A stretch of DNA of 64,000 nucleotides from Candidatus Latescibacterota bacterium (GCA_965248265.1 CBDFJF010000002.1:1184001-1248000); one strand, 5' to 3'; shown: positions 39,801 through 49,147, counted from the stretch's first letter. The notes: generated by a model not told the origin, from the letters alone. Made by a program: numbers and translations.

Positions 39801-42800
39801 GACGTCGGCCGTCGAATTTGTCGATGTCAGTGGAAACGTGGTAGATCCGTCAACGATCGCGTCAGGAGCCAATTTGGCGCTGGAGGTGTCGGAGACAGGC
39901 GCCGGTGAAGTAGAGGCCGCAAAAGTGATAGTGGGACTATCTGGTGAAGCAAGTCCATCGTTAGTGAGAATACTGTTTGGCGGGTTTGAGACACTGTCAG
40001 ATGGACGCGAGGCGATTGTGCCGCAGCGGCGTCCGTTTGAGGTGGATCCGGCGGCGTCGATTTCTCTGCCTTGGTCCCGGCCAGATCTCGTACCGGTCTC
40101 CTCCATATTGTGTCCGGATGATGACATCGTGGGTCGCGACGTGACAGTGGACCTGGCAGCGAACGAGTCGAATGAGCCGGTGGGACAGTCGATCGTTGTG
40201 CATGGTTCGGCAGAGACTGGGCTAGCTCAGGGGCTTGTGAATGCCATGGTGTTGGATGAAGCAGGCGGTGGTACCCTACGGTTGGCGCCAGTCAGACCCG
40301 TGGCGGTGAGTGAGATCACGGAATACGTGAATGCAGAAGGCAATACGGTAGAGCCGGGCTCGATTGGGATCGGCACCCAGGTAACGGCGCGTGTATGGTG
40401 GACGACCGGCGGCGAGCCTCAGGCGTACATGGTGCGCGTAGGGGGTGAGCCGGCGACTGGAGTTTCGTCGTTGTCGTTCAAGTTTGGCGGATTCGAGATG
40501 CTGGAGGACGGTCGCGAGGTGATCGTGCCGCAGGCGGCGGATGATTTCGTCGTAGCCCCGGATCAGTTGGTATGGATGGGGAACGGCGATGGTTCTGTGC
40601 CGTTTTCGTCACTGTCCGCCGAGGATGTACTGGGTTTTCCAGTGAACGTTAATTGGTCGGAGGGACCGTGTGGTACAAACGTAGTTGCAGATTTGACTGT
40701 GCATGAAGCGGTCGAGATACCGCCGGAATTTCAAGATAGGTTTGTTTCCGTATCTGTTGTGGATGAAGCACGCAGACTGATCGTGTTGAACCCTACTCTC
40801 AAAGTAGATGAGTCGACGGAATGGGTGGACATCGACCCGTCGCTGTTGCAGCCAGACTCAGAGCTGGTCATCGAGACGGCGTTCATCGAGGACTCGGCGA
40901 TCCAGTTTGTTGTAGACGAATCGTCGGATTGGTCGGGCATCGATCCGTCGTCGTTGCAGCCGGACACGGAGCTGGTCATCCAGGCGGTGGCGATCCCAAA
41001 CGCCGAAGGCCGGTTGCTAGAGCACGCCAGGCGGGTGGAGGTGACGGACGAAGACGTTGATTATTCTCCGCCGTATGGGGACGGTCTCAGGGTGCTTTTC
41101 GGCGGGTATGTCTCCTTTGATGGAGTGCAGTTGGTGGTGGACGCGGAATCCCCTCGCTCGGTACAGCAAGCCAGCCGTGTGTGGTTGAAGGAGGAAGGAG
41201 CGGATTACTCTCATCTGACCGATTGGATTTTCGCCGGGTTCCTGTCCTTTGACGGCGAGGCGTTGGTCACGTATGACTTGAACGCGGTGACGATTGCAAC
41301 TGGTTCTCCCGTCCTGGCCTTGGACGCCCGGTTGACGGACGACCGCACCGGCGCTGATGTCACGGCTGGCGGACTTCCAGCCGAGTTCTCACAAAAGTCA
41401 CGTCTGCGGATGATATCGCTTCCTCCCGCGGAGAATAGACCTGCGCTTCTGGTTGCGGAGATCGGCTTGAATGTGCCAGGAAACAACGCCGAGACCGCTG
41501 CCGCCCTCGATCTGGACCCGGAGCCCGGGCCCCAGGGCGTCGTCCGGCAACGAACCACAGCCGGCGAGTCCATTCAGTTGTCGGTTTATCTGTCTGGTTT
41601 GGCCGAAGTGACCGGCATAACCGTCGACGTCGTCTACGACCCGGCGCAGGTCCTTCTCGAAGGCGCTTCACCAGGGGAGGGTGGCTTGGAAGAGAATGTT
41701 CTGGGGAGTGGAGCTGTCTTCACTTCTGAAGGGGACGAAGAGGGTGTCGTCAGGTACACGGGAACTCTCCCGAGCTTCTTCGGAGGCGGAGTTGCGGCAC
41801 GGCAGGGTCTGTTTGTCGTACTCGAGTTCCACACCTTGCCAGGATTTACTCGTGCCGACTTTACGCTCGGACGCGTAGCGCTGAATTCCTCGAGTGGCTC
41901 GAACATCCTCAAGCCAAGTTTGGTCGCCCAGCTGATCGGCGACACAGGAGCGGATTTCAATTTCGATGGATTCGTAGGTTGGGCTGATCTGTTCCTGTTC
42001 GCAGATGCCTGGTTGATCGATGACTTCGATCCGATTTACGATCTGAACTGGGACGGGGAGCTCGACGAGCTCGATCTGTCCATGTTCCACCAGCAATGGG
42101 GTCAGGTGGTGGGTGGTGACCCGGCAAAGCTGTTGGCCCGCCGCGAGCCGCCGGCAAAGGCTGGCGTCATGCAACTCCAAACAGGTCGCGATGACGAGGA
42201 AGAAGTAGAGCTTCTCCTCCGGGTTGATGAGGCGAGTGTTCTCGCCTACGGTGCTTCTCTCATCTACAACCGCAGCGCCTGGCGCCTGAAAAGCATCGCC
42301 GACGTGCGCGAAGGATCCACGCCGGCGCGGCGACAGACGCATGTGAGTGGCGAGCGCCCTGATGAAATCCTCCTAGTTGGTGGTACAGTCGATGGTGCGG
42401 AGGTCGAAGGGGTGCTGGCACGGTTGGTTTTCGAACGTTTGGCACCAGACGCCGTGGGTAGCTTTCAGATCGCCGAGGCTGCGCTACGCCTGACAGATGG
42501 CACCGTGGTGCAACCGCGTCGCAACATCCACGCCGAAATAGGGCGGATCCCAAAGGGTTTTGCTCTTGACCACAACTACCCGAATCCATTCAACCAGTCA
42601 ACGAAGATTCCGTACCGACTGGCTGCATCTTCGACTGTGCAACTGGAGGTCTTCGACGTTGCCGGTCGCAAGGTGCGAACCATCCTCACCGAACGCCAGG
42701 AAGCTGGTTTCCGCGAAGCGAGGTGGGACGGACGCGACGAGGACGGTGTCGGCGTCGCCAGTGGAGTCTACTTCTATCGATTGACGGCATCGCCATCTAT

Positions 42801-42867
42801 GGAGGATGGAGCCAGTTCTGCGCAGCGCGAGTTCGTCGAGGTGCGGAAGCTGATGTTGCTCCAGTAG
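36865..42867 (+). CDS. 2000-aa secreted multidomain protein: ASST - Fn3 - CBM4/9-like - acidic repeats - cohesin-like - dockerin-like - cohesin-like - FlgD/secretion tail
   Basis: AHEL, DYCHMNS, SSRH, YQH; NGDFSQG..W; repeated EFVD..GN.VDP; ADFNFDGFVGWADLFLFAD / YDLNWDGELDELD; NYPNPFN, WDGRDEDG..VASGVYFYRL. Confidence 0.8.
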   Translation: MLQGSPSTLRNQRRPLWLLCVIGLCISWNGDLAHAVTGSFRTIQGVAVPSDFPAVTTHINDSPDPGFIYLSTLGSVPYVLMLDNAGTPLFYKKLNQLKSVEQEPFDFKAQPNGFWTYYDRGYPAHIVMDSTYTVVDTIRAGNGYWPNAHELRLLANGHALIIGSRHMAVDMSRIVDGGNPKAIVRTDVVQELDRERNVIFEWRAWDHFEITDAVHENLRASFIDYCHMNSIDVDTDGHLLISSRHLSEITKIHRRSGRIIWRFGGVNNQFRLVNDDRGISYQHSIHGLGDGRYLLFDNGNHHSPPYSRAVEYHLDEATRRATLVWEYDGGGEYLSRSLANVQRLPSGNTLINWAYPHIPKLTEVRPDCTLVYELDFDDYAFTYRTFRFPQQGQAEVPYLIAEPHADHVLLVFNQFGEAPVARYNIYGGTSPHPQARIASTEDNAIELSELQNLRKYYFRTTAVDDQGRESGYSNEVAVFVHFMDPSSDRVLNGDFSQGDNFWQLKTSDQAVASRRISDSGVYHLGIENGGSAQGSVQLIQEPIELIEGVSYVLELEAYAATSRPFSAKVRRISGHSPDYLRLGSKPLSSTPTKHSFPFLMEKQSDHEARLVLEFGSLDVDVFLQNVSLKISNPSAAAEGVVGALDVDDSGTGRLQFTSSQGPVELLQPVEFVDADGNAVDPNTIEEGTGLSMGIRRRSTGEVQAYEVVVGGALGGGESFNMHFGGFGTTAGGGVTILPQVDEYEMKPETLVKPFGSLETVSFSAVSAEDVLGYSVELWYTTDESGVRVVTEVHVCGLPEDPEPDQYSNRRLSAYAVDPETGVIRRQIMSILHEFAVWQDTQGNTVDPQTVVEGTRLVNYGRVVRVKAEGDFVEARERGFIRFEDGILYTYPLFSEQMRVASDVVLVDESTGEDVTANGLSQVDGLVRIQTLLPGRFPNDLIVRIALNPQDGKKVGEVAALELNEDDVLILRFKSDPVPLTSAVEFVDVSGNVVDPSTIASGANLALEVSETGAGEVEAAKVIVGLSGEASPSLVRILFGGFETLSDGREAIVPQRRPFEVDPAASISLPWSRPDLVPVSSILCPDDDIVGRDVTVDLAANESNEPVGQSIVVHGSAETGLAQGLVNAMVLDEAGGGTLRLAPVRPVAVSEITEYVNAEGNTVEPGSIGIGTQVTARVWWTTGGEPQAYMVRVGGEPATGVSSLSFKFGGFEMLEDGREVIVPQAADDFVVAPDQLVWMGNGDGSVPFSSLSAEDVLGFPVNVNWSEGPCGTNVVADLTVHEAVEIPPEFQDRFVSVSVVDEARRLIVLNPTLKVDESTEWVDIDPSLLQPDSELVIETAFIEDSAIQFVVDESSDWSGIDPSSLQPDTELVIQAVAIPNAEGRLLEHARRVEVTDEDVDYSPPYGDGLRVLFGGYVSFDGVQLVVDAESPRSVQQASRVWLKEEGADYSHLTDWIFAGFLSFDGEALVTYDLNAVTIATGSPVLALDARLTDDRTGADVTAGGLPAEFSQKSRLRMISLPPAENRPALLVAEIGLNVPGNNAETAAALDLDPEPGPQGVVRQRTTAGESIQLSVYLSGLAEVTGITVDVVYDPAQVLLEGASPGEGGLEENVLGSGAVFTSEGDEEGVVRYTGTLPSFFGGGVAARQGLFVVLEFHTLPGFTRADFTLGRVALNSSSGSNILKPSLVAQLIGDTGADFNFDGFVGWADLFLFADAWLIDDFDPIYDLNWDGELDELDLSMFHQQWGQVVGGDPAKLLARREPPAKAGVMQLQTGRDDEEEVELLLRVDEASVLAYGASLIYNRSAWRLKSIADVREGSTPARRQTHVSGERPDEILLVGGTVDGAEVEGVLARLVFERLAPDAVGSFQIAEAALRLTDGTVVQPRRNIHAEIGRIPKGFALDHNYPNPFNQSTKIPYRLAASSTVQLEVFDVAGRKVRTILTERQEAGFREARWDGRDEDGVGVASGVYFYRLTASPSMEDGASSAQREFVEVRKLMLLQ
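40804..40980 (+). repeat. In-frame tandem duplication with a 108-bp period
   Basis: VDESTEWVDIDPSLLQPDSELVI vs VDESSDWSGIDPSSLQPDTELVI, also similar at DNA level. Confidence 0.8.
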
Positions 42868-42876
42868 TCCGCCGCC

Positions 42877-45800
42877 ATGGCGTCTCCCATCCGTCTCATC
42901 GTCCGAAATGTGTTCATCGGCTTATTAGCCGCAGCTCTTGCGGGTGACGCGGCGGCTGGCCGGGAGCACCTGCCGCTACCGGTAATGACTCCAGTCATGG
43001 CCGTCGATGACGAGGTCTTCGTCTGTGCCGGAAGTGGGCGACCTTCCGATCCGCGCTTCGGGGTTTCATCTCACATCGCAGGCAAGGCCACAGCTGCGGC
43101 AGCAAGCACGACTACCGGTACGCTCAGCGCCCTCGTCATTTTCGCCAAATTCCGTGGTGAGGCAACGTCAGTGAACACGAAGCCGGTTTGGGCGGATGAC
43201 CTCTTTGACGCGAATCTGCCCGGAAGCTTCACGCACTTCTATCGCGAGATGTCTGGTGGCCAGTTGGAGATTTCCGGCAGCGTTCTGCCCACGCGCTACA
43301 CCTCGCGGTCACGGGCGTCCGCGTACGTGGCGGACCAACCGGGGACAATAGGCAAGTTCGCCCTCTTCAACCTCGAGATCCTCGAGCAGGCGGATGGTGA
43401 CGTCGATATGGGCCAGTTCGACAATGACGGTCCCGACGGTGCGCCCAACTCGGGAGATGATGACGGCTACGTCGACGTCGTCTTCATCAACCTGCTCAGC
43501 GTGCCGCGCGATTTCTTCAGGAGCGGCGCGAGCGGTTTCGGCTCTCTTGGACTGGAGACCGACTTCGTGACAGACGACGCCGCCGCCGGTGGGGGCGCCA
43601 TCCGCATCCGGAGCAGGTATTCCGGTTTCGGCGGCACCACCCAACGCGGCCATGTGTTCACGGTGACCGCCGCGACCATGTGTCACGAATTCGGTCATGT
43701 TCTGGGATTACCCGACCTGTACGATCAATCTTCGCAGGTTGCCGGTGAGCTCGATCCGGAGATCGACAGCGCCGGTATCGGCAGATGGGGTCTGATGGGG
43801 TTGGGGACCCTCGGATGGGGCATAGAGAACGGACCCAACGCGTTCTGTGCCTGGTCGCTGGCGCAGTTGGGCTGGCTCGGATCGGGCAATGAACGTCTCG
43901 AGGTCATCGAGGAGAGCCGGAGCGATATCGTACTCGAGCAGATCGACCGCGACGGACGCGTTCTCAAGGTGCCGATTTCGCGCGACGAATACTTCCTCAT
44001 CGAAAATCGGCAGGCTTCGGGCAGTTTTTACAATCGCGAGATCCCCGGCCGTGGACTGCTGTTGTGGCACGTGGACGAATGGGCTGACAACGACGAAGAG
44101 CGCCACAAGCGGGTCGATCTCGTCTGCGCCGACGGACTCTACGATGACGCCGGTTTTCCCGGATCCCGTCCGAATCCCGTCAGCGGTGGCGACAACCTCG
44201 ATTTCCACTCTCGCGATACCGCCTACAACGACGAGCACAACGGCAACCAGGGCGATGCCACGGACCCGTTCGACGGCATCCGTTTCAGGCGCTTCGCCCA
44301 CGACACCAACCCGGGGGCACGCGCATACAGCGGAGCCAGTCGCGGTTTGCCGCTGGGGTTCGCACTCGAAAACATCGCCGATTTGGGTGACGGAAGGATG
44401 AGTCTCGACGTCCTTCTGAGACAGCCCGTGCCGGGCAATATCGCCGAATCGACGATGTGGTCAGGTGAGATCGACGTGAGCGGTGACGTGGTGGTTGAAC
44501 GCGGCGCCACCCTTACAATACAAGAAGGCACGACCGTTCGTTTTTCCACTGACGACGAACGCGGTGCGGGGTTCGACCCAGATCGCTGCGAGCTCGTCGT
44601 TTACGGCGACCTCGTACTTCCGACCGGCGGCGCCACAACCTCCATGATTTCGGCTGCGACGCGGCCACGTGGAAGCGACTGGTTGGGCGTGTTCCTGATG
44701 GATGGCCAGGCTCCCGACGTCGAAGCAGCGATCGCCTCAGGCGTCTTGCAGGTGGCCAACAGCAGCCACGGCGTCGTGCGCCTCGTCCTGCCCGCCGGCC
44801 GCACGGTATGGGGCCGCGGCCGCCGGGTGATTCCGTCAGATCTGATCGTGCCCGCCGATGCCGAGCTGTTCGTCGAGGCCGGTGCGAATGTGCGCTTCAG
44901 CGCGGGGGATCTCAGTCTGCGCGGGAGGAGCCCGGGCCTCGTCGAGCTCGTCATCGCCGGCACCTTGGCCGGGGGCGGCGACGAGAGCTCGATGGCGCGG
45001 TTCACGATCGATTCGGCTGGCACTGACGATGCATGGTACGGGATCACCGCGCAGCCTGGGTCGGTGGTCGACCTGAGCTTTACCGAGATCTTCCAGTGTC
45101 TGGTCGCCCTGTCAGGCGAGGTGCCCGAGGGTGCTACCGTGCGCCTGACGGATAGCCTCATCAGGCGAGTATTCCTGGGTCTGTTGTTCAACCTGTTCGG
45201 CGAGTTGCAGGTCGACGGCACTCGGTTCGAGGCGGTGACCTCGAACGCCATTCAAGTGCGCGGCACAGGGATCGCCCGCATTCGCGGGTCGACGTTGGAC
45301 GCCATCGGCGAGGAGGGAATCTCATCCTCTAACTGTAACATCGAGGCCATCGACGTCCTGATCGAGGGCAGTGGTTCGCGCGATGCCGAGGACCCGCGCT
45401 CAGGGTTGATCGCTACCGGCGGTCGCGGACAACGCATCGATTTGTGGCGCAGTACCATATCGGACAACACCTTGTATGGTCTGGATCTGACCGCATGGCA
45501 GGGGATCGTCGAGGTCCACGGAAGCGAGATCAGCGCCAACAAGTCGCATGGCGTAGTTGCGGCCGGCCTGGAGCGGCTGGTGTTCGAAGACAACGCAGTC
45601 GTGCGCAACCTCGGCCACGGTGCGCACATCGGCGACACGGTGGTCGAGATTTGGACGACGGAGTTCGAGGACAACATCGGCTCGGGTCTGCTTCTTGACG
45701 ATGGCGCTACGGGCGTCATCGAGATGAGTCTGTTTCGCAACGGCACCGGGTTGGCACTGCAGGGACTCAGGACGATGATCCTGCGGTCGAATCGCTTCGA

Positions 45801-46395
45801 AAACACGGCCGTTGGACTCGATTCGGACAACTCGGCGCCCTCCCTAGTCCAGAACCGGTTCGACAACAACATCACCGCGATCCGGGTAGACGGCGGTCGT
45901 ATCCCCGTGCAGATCAGCGACAACTCGTTCGTCGGCAACACCACGGCGATACAGAATTTGACGCGGCGGGTTCTTCAGGCCCAGGGCAACTTCTGGGGCA
46001 CGTCAGACAGCAGCGCAATCGCCAGTCAGCTGGAAGGACAAATCGAGTGGACGCCTTTTCTGGATGGAGAACCGGGGATGACGGCCGTCGGCGAAGCTGG
46101 CGGCCCCCCTCTTCCGGAGCGATTCGCCGTTCACCAGAATCACCCCAACCCCTTCAACAGCCTTACCGTCATACCGTTCGATCTACCTCATGATGCCATC
46201 GTTGAGGTGACGATATACGACGTTCTGGGCAGGCGGGTCAGGCGTCTGTTGTCGCAGCGTCTGGCAGCCGGGTACCACCGACTGGTATGGGACGGGAGGG
46301 ACGAGAGCGACCAGAGCGTCGGTTCCGGCCTCTATTTTTATTTTTTCAGGGCGGATCAGCTCACGCAGAGCGGTCGCATGCTGCTACTTCAATAA
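42877..46395 (+). CDS. Secreted M6 (immune inhibitor A-like) metalloprotease with beta-helix repeats and FlgD/secretion tail
   Basis: HEFGHVLGLPDLYD, GIGRWGLMG, EYFLIENRQ, GLLLWHVD; ISDN/ISAN/FEDN repeats; NHPNPFN, WDGRDE. Confidence 0.88.
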   Translation: MASPIRLIVRNVFIGLLAAALAGDAAAGREHLPLPVMTPVMAVDDEVFVCAGSGRPSDPRFGVSSHIAGKATAAAASTTTGTLSALVIFAKFRGEATSVNTKPVWADDLFDANLPGSFTHFYREMSGGQLEISGSVLPTRYTSRSRASAYVADQPGTIGKFALFNLEILEQADGDVDMGQFDNDGPDGAPNSGDDDGYVDVVFINLLSVPRDFFRSGASGFGSLGLETDFVTDDAAAGGGAIRIRSRYSGFGGTTQRGHVFTVTAATMCHEFGHVLGLPDLYDQSSQVAGELDPEIDSAGIGRWGLMGLGTLGWGIENGPNAFCAWSLAQLGWLGSGNERLEVIEESRSDIVLEQIDRDGRVLKVPISRDEYFLIENRQASGSFYNREIPGRGLLLWHVDEWADNDEERHKRVDLVCADGLYDDAGFPGSRPNPVSGGDNLDFHSRDTAYNDEHNGNQGDATDPFDGIRFRRFAHDTNPGARAYSGASRGLPLGFALENIADLGDGRMSLDVLLRQPVPGNIAESTMWSGEIDVSGDVVVERGATLTIQEGTTVRFSTDDERGAGFDPDRCELVVYGDLVLPTGGATTSMISAATRPRGSDWLGVFLMDGQAPDVEAAIASGVLQVANSSHGVVRLVLPAGRTVWGRGRRVIPSDLIVPADAELFVEAGANVRFSAGDLSLRGRSPGLVELVIAGTLAGGGDESSMARFTIDSAGTDDAWYGITAQPGSVVDLSFTEIFQCLVALSGEVPEGATVRLTDSLIRRVFLGLLFNLFGELQVDGTRFEAVTSNAIQVRGTGIARIRGSTLDAIGEEGISSSNCNIEAIDVLIEGSGSRDAEDPRSGLIATGGRGQRIDLWRSTISDNTLYGLDLTAWQGIVEVHGSEISANKSHGVVAAGLERLVFEDNAVVRNLGHGAHIGDTVVEIWTTEFEDNIGSGLLLDDGATGVIEMSLFRNGTGLALQGLRTMILRSNRFENTAVGLDSDNSAPSLVQNRFDNNITAIRVDGGRIPVQISDNSFVGNTTAIQNLTRRVLQAQGNFWGTSDSSAIASQLEGQIEWTPFLDGEPGMTAVGEAGGPPLPERFAVHQNHPNPFNSLTVIPFDLPHDAIVEVTIYDVLGRRVRRLLSQRLAAGYHRLVWDGRDESDQSVGSGLYFYFFRADQLTQSGRMLLLQ

Positions 46396-46399
46396 AGAC

Positions 46400-46490
46400 C
46401 GCATTGGAGGGCAGGCCCTTCGAAGAGGAAATCGTCGAGGAGACCGACAAGTATTACGTCTGGCGCGGGCGGGGGATCTTGCGCAAGGAC
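46400..46490 (+). pseudogene. Internal gene fragment, possibly UroD/MetE-like
   Basis: PFEEEIVEETDKYYVWR..GILRKD resembles a segment of UroD-like proteins; no start codon or continuation. Confidence 0.35.
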
Positions 46491-46521
46491 GTAATCAGCC
46501 CTATTCCTGTGGAATGCTGAC

Positions 46522-48036
46522 GTGCGCCAGAACCCCATAATGACTCTTACTGTGGCAGTGGAGAACGTCTTGGCAGAGCAGGCCAGCGGCGAGGGTTCCC
46601 TGGACATCGACTCCCGATTGGAGCTGTTCGTTGATGACTACCTGATAGACGAGCTGCACGGGACTCGACTCGTCCTCCACCACCCTCGTCCGGCAGAGGT
46701 GGCCCTGAGATTCGATCGGCCCTGGGAGGGTGCCTTCTGTGCCTACGTGACCGTGCTCCACGACGGTGACATCTACCGCATGTACTACCGGGGACAGCCC
46801 AACGCCATGCCGGACGGAAGCCTTGACGAGGTGACCTGTTACGCCGAGAGCCGTGACGGGATCCACTGGGAGAAGCCCGATCTGGGGCTGTTCGAGGTCG
46901 CAGGGACGCGGAAGAACAACGTCGTTCTGGGCTCCGAGTATGCGCCCGTACCCCACAACTTCATTGCGTTCGTGGACACTCGACCCGGGATTCCTTCCTC
47001 CCAGAGATACAAGGGCCTGGGGGGCCTCTTCCCCATATCCGAGGAGCGGCGCTTTAGCAACGGCCTCCTGGGCTTCACCTCCGAGGACGGGATTCGATGG
47101 AGGAAGATCCAGCAGGCACCACTGATCGGTCCCTCGCTCCACGTCTTCACCGACACCAGTCCCAGCCCGACCTTCTGGTCGCCACACGAAGGTCGCTACG
47201 TTTGCTACGTCCGGGCCTGGAGTAGGGATCCGAAGGAACCTCCCCACTTCGAAGGTTGGACCGGGAACGTGCGCTGGGTCGGTCGTACCACCTCCGAGGA
47301 CTTCCTCAACTGGACTCCGGTACAGATGATGGACGCCGGGGACTATCCGTTGGAGCACATCTACACCAATCAGACCAGCCCCTACTTCCGGGCTCCCCAC
47401 ATCTACCTCGGCGTGGCTGCTCGCTTCCTGCCAGGCCGTCAGGTGGTGAGTCAAGAGCAGGCTCGGAAGCTCCAGGTTGACCCCAAGTATTTCCAAGACT
47501 GCTCGGATGCTGTCCTGCTCACGAGCCGGGGCGGAACCCGCTACCAGCGTGCCTTCCTAGAGGCTTTCATGCGCCCGGGCATCGGTCTGCAAAACTGGAC
47601 GTCCCGTACCAACTACCCTTCTCTGAATCTGGTCCCCACAGGAGCTGAGGAAATCTCCCTCTACGTCCAGCACAAGTACGGCCAACCTGGCCACCAGCTC
47701 AGGCGATACACTCTGAGAACAGACGGCTTAGTGTCGGTAAATGCACCCTACGGGGGAGGAGAGTTTCTGACCCGAACCCTGAGATTCAGTGGAAGCGAAC
47801 TGGTCGTAAACTTCTCGACCTCTGCTCCCGGTGGCCTCCGGGTGGAAATCCAGAGTCCAGGTGGCCGGCCGATTACCGGTTATGCCCTCGATGACTCGGA
47901 CCAACTCATAGGAAATGAGATCGAACGGGTCGTCACTTGGAAGGGCAACCAGGATGTGGGGCCGCTCGCTGGCAAGCCGGTCCGCTTGCGCTTCGTGATG
48001 AAGGACGCAGATCTGTACTCCCTGAGGTTCAGATAG
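46522..48036 (+). CDS. Uncharacterised GH32/43-like beta-propeller plus beta-sandwich protein
   Basis: RLELFVDDYLI, YAESRDGIHWEKP.LG, SEDGIRW, LRTDG, NFSTSA.G..RVEI, DADLYSLRF. Confidence 0.78.
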   Translation: MRQNPIMTLTVAVENVLAEQASGEGSLDIDSRLELFVDDYLIDELHGTRLVLHHPRPAEVALRFDRPWEGAFCAYVTVLHDGDIYRMYYRGQPNAMPDGSLDEVTCYAESRDGIHWEKPDLGLFEVAGTRKNNVVLGSEYAPVPHNFIAFVDTRPGIPSSQRYKGLGGLFPISEERRFSNGLLGFTSEDGIRWRKIQQAPLIGPSLHVFTDTSPSPTFWSPHEGRYVCYVRAWSRDPKEPPHFEGWTGNVRWVGRTTSEDFLNWTPVQMMDAGDYPLEHIYTNQTSPYFRAPHIYLGVAARFLPGRQVVSQEQARKLQVDPKYFQDCSDAVLLTSRGGTRYQRAFLEAFMRPGIGLQNWTSRTNYPSLNLVPTGAEEISLYVQHKYGQPGHQLRRYTLRTDGLVSVNAPYGGGEFLTRTLRFSGSELVVNFSTSAPGGLRVEIQSPGGRPITGYALDDSDQLIGNEIERVVTWKGNQDVGPLAGKPVRLRFVMKDADLYSLRFR

Positions 48037-48191
48037 GAGCAGAGCCGCCCACTCGTCCCGGGGCTCCTCCTCTTGTCGCAGTACGGAGCCTACCTTCTCA
48101 TTGCCAGGCGAAGTGCTCAGGCTGACAAACATGCCGGAAACTCCGTCCCAGCCCATGAGACCCACCTGGCCTCAAGCATCCGAGCCCCGGG

Positions 48192-49070
48192 TCAGCGGAA
48201 GACGGGCTCGTATCGCTGCTTCGCAGACTCGTACCGTTCGGCGTACGACTGGCGCGCGCCGATCGCGTCGAAATGCTCCCGCTCGGCCTCGGTCCTGGCC
48301 CTCAGCTCCGCGAGCGGGTCGATTATCGCCCTGATGCGGGGGTTGTCGCTGCTCGCAAAGGGCTCGACGGGATCGTAGATGCTGCCCCTGTGGTCGTACC
48401 GCATGAAGGACGCGATCTCCTCGTCCGTCTCTGGCCATGCGGCGAAACGCAGCTTGAGATAGCGCCGGCCGGGCTGCATGCCGTACACGCCGTGGTAGAT
48501 CTTCTGGGTGAAGAAGACGATATCACCCGGGTCGGACTCTACGACAACTCCGGGGATGTCCGTGGGACTGAGCCCGTAGACCTTCTCAGTGGTGTCCTCT
48601 CCCTGCTCGTTCAGCAGAAGGAGGTCGTCATAAAGGGAGGGTCTGTGTGACCCCGGGATGAGACGAAGCGCCCCGGTGTCACCCCTGAGCTTTTCGAGGT
48701 AGAGGTGGAAGCTGTATGTAGTGGAGTGAGGCTCGCCGGGTCGGTCCGAGTGCCATCGATGCTCGCCGTTACCGGTTACCCCTGTATAGGACAGGCTACC
48801 GCCAGACCCGTTCCAGACAAAACGCGGTCCCAGTAGCTCCTCGACCGTGCCGAATATCCGGTCGTCAACGAGCATCCGTGTCCCCACCGGGCTCTTCTCT
48901 ATAATGTCCTCAAGGCCCTGGTTCTGTCCTGGCGGTCCACCTCCCCTCTGCTCCGCGAACAGCTTGTCCACTTCGTGGCTGAGCGACTCCATCTCGTCGG
49001 CCGAAAACTCCTGCCTCAAGCGGATGAACCCAAAGTCGTAGAAGTGGGCCTTCTGCTGTGGTGTGATCAT
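48192..49070 (-). CDS. PhyH-like dioxygenase
   Basis: FYDFGFI, RWHSD, GALRLIPGSH, PGDIVFF..IYHG, RR; AAGGAG RBS. Confidence 0.9.
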   Translation of the reverse strand: MITPQQKAHFYDFGFIRLRQEFSADEMESLSHEVDKLFAEQRGGGPPGQNQGLEDIIEKSPVGTRMLVDDRIFGTVEELLGPRFVWNGSGGSLSYTGVTGNGEHRWHSDRPGEPHSTTYSFHLYLEKLRGDTGALRLIPGSHRPSLYDDLLLLNEQGEDTTEKVYGLSPTDIPGVVVESDPGDIVFFTQKIYHGVYGMQPGRRYLKLRFAAWPETDEEIASFMRYDHRGSIYDPVEPFASSDNPRIRAIIDPLAELRARTEAEREHFDAIGARQSYAERYESAKQRYEPVFR

Positions 49071-49115
49071 GTCTCTGCTCCTTCGGGGCTGTAGCGAACG
49101 TGCGAAGTTCGATTT

Positions 49116-49147
49116 GTCAGCCCCTGCGACAAGCCGGGGGATTGACT
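49116..49147. repeat. REP/IS200-IS605-end-like imperfect hairpin
   Basis: GTCAGCCCCTGCGACAAGCCGGGGGATTGAC; minus strand AGTCAATCCCCCGGC... resembles IS200/IS605 subterminal palindromes; no tnpA present. Confidence 0.35.
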
